DNA of 64,000 nt from Enoplolaimus lenunculus (Eukaryota): positions 186,001 through 250,000 of the forward strand of contig JASANG010002214.1 of assembly GCA_030248215.1 (NCBI GenBank), read 5' to 3'. Numbering within the stretch: position 1 is the stretch's first letter; each line of letters starts with the position of its first letter. Positions 59,391 through 64,000 of this stretch are shown here, piece after piece. Made by a program: the position numbers and the translations under genes. The notes under the pieces were generated by a model, which was not told the origin of the DNA, ran no database searches, and saw only the letters and a list, made by a program, of their open reading frames with translations.

Positions 59391-59917
59391 ACTTCGGAGC
59401 TATTCAATACCACCGATAATGTTAAGCCATACAAAATTAAGGCATCAGATTGACAGTTGGCCACATCTCGCAAATTGAACGCTTAAAAACCAATTTTTGA
59501 CACATGTATTTGCGGCGTAAAATTCCGCTTTTAGCAGCTCAACATGCACTAAAACATATAAGTCGATTTTCTAAAGTGTTTCAGTCATAAATTTACTATC
59601 AAAATTAAATATACAAAAATATAACAAAAAGTAAAATTGAGCGAACACAATGTAAAGTAAAAAATAATTGAGCGAAAGCAATATGTACAGAAACAAGTAA
59701 TAACCTAAATATGAAAAACCCCCGCTTCTTAAAAAGATTACAGGCTGACCGCTAGATACATAGGCATTACAACCCCAAGATACAATAAAAGCATCTTCAC
59801 TTCAAAATTTTGCTTTAAACTAAACTAACGTTTACATACTACTCAAAACATTGCTATGCCACTAAAAGAAATGTCATGATTTTGTCCTTTAATCAACCCA
59901 AACAAACACATTCGACG

Positions 59918-62900
59918 TTATTTTTTCTTGTCGTGCATTACAGCCAATGCTGCAATTCTTCCAGGACTACCCGTAACACCACCTCCTGAAATCGTGTTTT
60001 ACAGCGTAAATAGAAAAAGTTGCATGCCAAGATTTGAACATTCCAACTAATTTTGAAGAAATAGTATATTAATAATGATTGGCTGGGGTTTCCTTAGGGG
60101 GCAAGCCCCCTACATCAACTTGGTAGAGGAGCTGGGAGGGGAGCCGAAAAGTTGGGGGTGAGGGGGGTCAAAAATTATTTGACGAAAAATTGGATTTTTT
60201 TTTGTCTCCGAATGTAGCCAAAAACACCACCATCACCGCCGCCAACAACAACAACAACTATCAACAACACTCAACAGCAACAATCAACACCAAAAATCAA
60301 CAATCAAAAATAACAACGAACAGAAACAGTCAACAACTGCAACAAGTCAGATACAACAAAAAGTCATCAGTAGCGAAGAAAGGAAAATGTAAGTTAAAAA
60401 TATAACATGTTTTACGAATTTACGCAGGCAATTTTTACCGGCAGGAGTCCAAAAAAGTGGTGGAAGTCAGCTGGGGAAATCAGTCTGAATGAGAGAAGGT
60501 CGCATACGGGGGGTCTCCCTCCACTAGGGAAACCCCAGATTGTAGTGGATATTAAAACGTTGGCCCACATTCTCAAATGTGAGTAGCACCTATCAGCAAA
60601 CTTTAGCAGGTATTGTAACTTTTGAATACGTGAACAATGAGGTTCGCAATTCAGCACCTTTTTCGCATTTGATTTGTATCACCTTTGTACCAAGTATGAG
60701 ATCAGCAATTGCATGAGTTCGTCAGTTTGAAAACTTATCGCTAACTAGATATGCTATACGCATTTGAGAATAGGGCAAATAATCCAATGTCGAACAGGTT
60801 GTTCACTCCTGTACCGTTGCAAAATAAACCCAGCTGATTTTCCGGGATTTAGACATGATTTTGGAAAGTTTTGGCGTTGTATAAAAATTTCGGCGGTTAT
60901 TTCTTGTGTTATAGCAACAAATATAGCTATGATAACTTTCTAAGAAGACTTCACTCGCTAAACGTTTCGTTTGTCTTCACTCTCTAAACTACAAAAGTAC
61001 TTTAATGCCCGGGTTCCAACCGGAACCTCATTTTGTTACAATTCAACCGGAATTCCTGTTCCGGTTCCTGTTGCTAATTTTATCAAAATATATAATAAGT
61101 TGCTGTTAAATCGTTTTCTTTTAGGATATTTACGCAGAAATTAAAACTCGAACATCACAGCTTCAACCTTTTCAATTTAATGTATAAAATTTGGCATCCT
61201 AACCTGGATGACATCCACTGCCGCACAAGTAAAGACCAGCAATTGGAGTTCTATAATCTGCGATGGTCGCAGTTGGTCTGTTAAAATATAGTTGGTCAAG
61301 CGACATCGAACCGTGGAAGATATTCTGTAAACAGCAAAAATAGGCAATACATGAAGGCAATAATTTATGTCTCGCTATTTAGTCACAGTCATCGTTCATA
61401 GAGCAAATGGGCTCATGTAACAAACTAAATAATAATATAGTACGTATACACCATTGCAGTAATATTTTTCATTGGGATGACGTGGTACTTATATTCTTTG
61501 ACCAAAAATGATTGCTTCTCTCGAACCCTTGTAAGCGAACTGTTGTACGACAAGCTAGAACACTTTTTTGACTTGCGGTGCCGACAAACGGAGCCGCGTT
61601 AGTTGTTTTGGTGTGACTTTTTACCTTGTAAGGCCTTGCACACGTTGAATTCAAGTAAAAGATTAAATCGCGGTCCTGAAGTATTGCAAATATACACTAT
61701 GAAAAATGCAGAAAGCCGACTAAAGATAAATACTTACACCAGCAGTCAGCCCGAACAATGCCTCCAAATCAGGCGGAGGTAAACATTCGTATCCAACAAC
61801 TGACTCCATAAACCCGGGACAGTATTCTTCAACACATCGAAACACTAAAACCAATTTTTATAAAAATGTTTAAAATGAATATAAGATATTCTGAGTTAGA
61901 AGTTTGCTTCAATTATTGAAGGTTAACGCGTAATGATTATGTACGTATGTGTAGCTTTAAAATGAACGGCTCATGTTAATTATCGGGACTCGCCCGCAGA
62001 GAAACGTGAAACAGAGGAATTTGAGATTTAGACTTAAGTTTAGTGGGCAGGCCTCTATCAGTAACATGGGCCAAATCAAACATCCAACTTTAATACGAAA
62101 GCTAAACATAGCAAGATAAAAGCAGCAACTTACCATTTTGTGCATATTCAGCCTTGGTCGCTTCGTCCCATTGCCTACCATTGGCCAACTTATATGGCGT
62201 ATATTGAGTAAACAATAACGCTACATGGCAATCTTTTGGAGCAATGCTGTCGTCACGACTACTGGGAATAGTCATTTCAATAAGTGGTCTAAAATTAATA
62301 CCAAAACACAGTCAAGGACAAAATTAAGTGTGTATTAATCGCGGTTGCGTCTGCGGGCGCAGTTTCATATTGTGATTGAATTTCCATTGCTCGTGACCAG
62401 TCGCGTCTACGCGGTTACAGACTCGTTCCAAACGCTGTTGTAAGCGCGTTTACATGCGATTGGAAATTTAAAGCTAGGCAATCGCGGTTCGAAGCCGTAT
62501 TCTCGTTGTAAGTAATAACAGTAACAGATCATCAGTATTGGTCATTGATTTACAAATAAACGGACACTGTGCACAAGATGAGTTTGAAATCTACAAAAAA
62601 GTTGGTGAATCAAGGCTATATCTATGCTAAACGTTTATTATCATGGTTCAGTGGACCTTAACTTTACAAGGCTCATCTCCAATTGGTCGTAAATGCTACA
62701 CAAAAATTTTGACAATACGGGCACAAAGGCGTAAAACGACGTGACCTGATTAATCAGTCTATGTAAGAACCTTACAACTCAGTCAATAATTATCGAGTTT
62801 ACAAAACGTAACCAATAAGACCTGCCGCTGCAAGTTGAAAAACAGCTTTCTTCTAAATACTATTTATACGAAATCTTAGTACGAAGCCATATTTGACTTT

Positions 62901-64000
62901 ATCCAATTTAAATTAAAACGAACGTGTACCTCTTGGAAAAACGACCATTCAAGTAGTCCATATAAGCCGCTTCAATGTCATCGATCGACTCACTGTTCAA
63001 ATGAATTGTAGCGCCATGATGCGGCTGAGGGTCATTTGTGTTATCATTTGTGCAAGAAAACTGAGGCAAACGACTTAGTGCAACTGAAACAAAATAATCC
63101 ATTACGCCATGCTTTATATTGATGGTCCAAATATTACAGTAGTGAAAAATAAATTACACATAATCATTAGTAATCTTACGTTACAACACGTACCAAACCC
63201 TTATACTGATATTACAACATAAAACTTCTAGACAGAAGCAACAAGAACCATTGAACGCCAATTTCCGAATTAAACAGCATAAGGTGGCGCTACACTTTTA
63301 CTTAAATGATTTTAATGTCAGGAATTTGGCTCAATTAGCGGAATATTTTGCAAAGTAATCCCAGTACCGTTGATTTTGGTCACTGGCGAACTGTAATCAA
63401 TGTTGTTTAACTGAATGACCAGATCATCAGAAACGGAGCCCTGAAACAATAATAAAAATAGATTCAATTGTATAACATCTTCAAAATTACAAATCAATGA
63501 AATTTAAAATGTTACGAGTAAACATTGCTGCCTATATCTGTATTGTAGATTTTCTTAAAATTCTACCCCTGTTAAAAATGAATACAAAGTAATTCAATAA
63601 CATACACATGCAAAATATTATATTATAATCAAACACAGAATTTGTGCTGTATAGTAACCCATTATTACTCGTATATATCGAACATAGTCTACCGACCACA
63701 CCTGACACTGGAGGATTAGGAATTAACCAAATCTAAACATCAGTTAAAGGACAGCAGGAAATAACAAAAATAACAAAAACCATTCAGTGTTGTTGATTGT
63801 AACAGCAATTACTACGAAACATGCCCGTAAACAAATTAACTAGAAACCACACTGTCCAAACTACCTGGCACTATAACATAACTTATGCAATAAATCAAGA
63901 AATGTAACTTTAGGAGTTGTATTCGACATTACCACGCTTGCTTTTACATGAGTACCATCCATAAGTACAATACCAGTAGCAGCGTCGTTCTCAACTTGAA
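59918..64000 (-). CDS. PYROXD2: Pyridine nucleotide-disulfide oxidoreductase domain-containing protein 2 (phytoene desaturase-like FAD enzyme), 5'-partial
   Basis: Exons >64000-63882, 63440-63368, 63083-62930, 62288-62134, 61844-61738, 61324-61204, 59985-59918. Translation includes [75 protein letters not shown] and [24 protein letters not shown]. The first junction has a non-GT donor (see findings). Confidence 0.9.
60083..60538. repeat. Inverted-repeat element with G-rich arm and CAA-rich interior in the last PYROXD2 intron
   Basis: CTGGGGTTTCCTTAG versus CTAGGGAAACCCCAG; CAA low-complexity tract at 60226-60360. Confidence 0.5.

Noticed and set aside
60190..60405. 71-aa Asn/Gln/Thr-rich ORF
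   Set aside because: Translation of a CAA-rich low-complexity tract in a PYROXD2 intron.

Overview
Eukaryotic, intron-rich genomic DNA from an invertebrate animal, most likely a nematode (inference from TTTCAG/TTTTAG acceptors and TTAGGC hexamers). The six-frame ORFs are mostly exon fragments or noise. Four spliced genes were rebuilt by hand from splice sites and reading phase: (1) a PAR-1/MARK kinase on + (873-15819, 5' end outside the window); (2) a very large pecanex on - (39036-20759, about 4300 aa, with a 5.2-kb exon); (3) an asteroid/ASTE1 XPG-family nuclease on - (57076-51498); (4) the 3' half of a PYROXD2 oxidoreductase on - (window end to 59918). Between pecanex and ASTE1 is a tandem array of a decayed LTR retroelement (gag zinc knuckles and a protease remnant, no RT/IN seen). 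Inserted in it is the most striking element: a complete 624-bp TRIM (TG..CA LTRs, PBS, PPT, 5-bp TSD) whose LTRs each carry a tRNA-like RNA polymerase III cassette. Introns and intergenic DNA are full of MITEs, mostly hAT-like with 8-bp TSDs. Splice oddities include a duplicated PAR-1 acceptor, a GC donor, and a TT-for-GT donor in PYROXD2. All coordinates and counts were read by eye.
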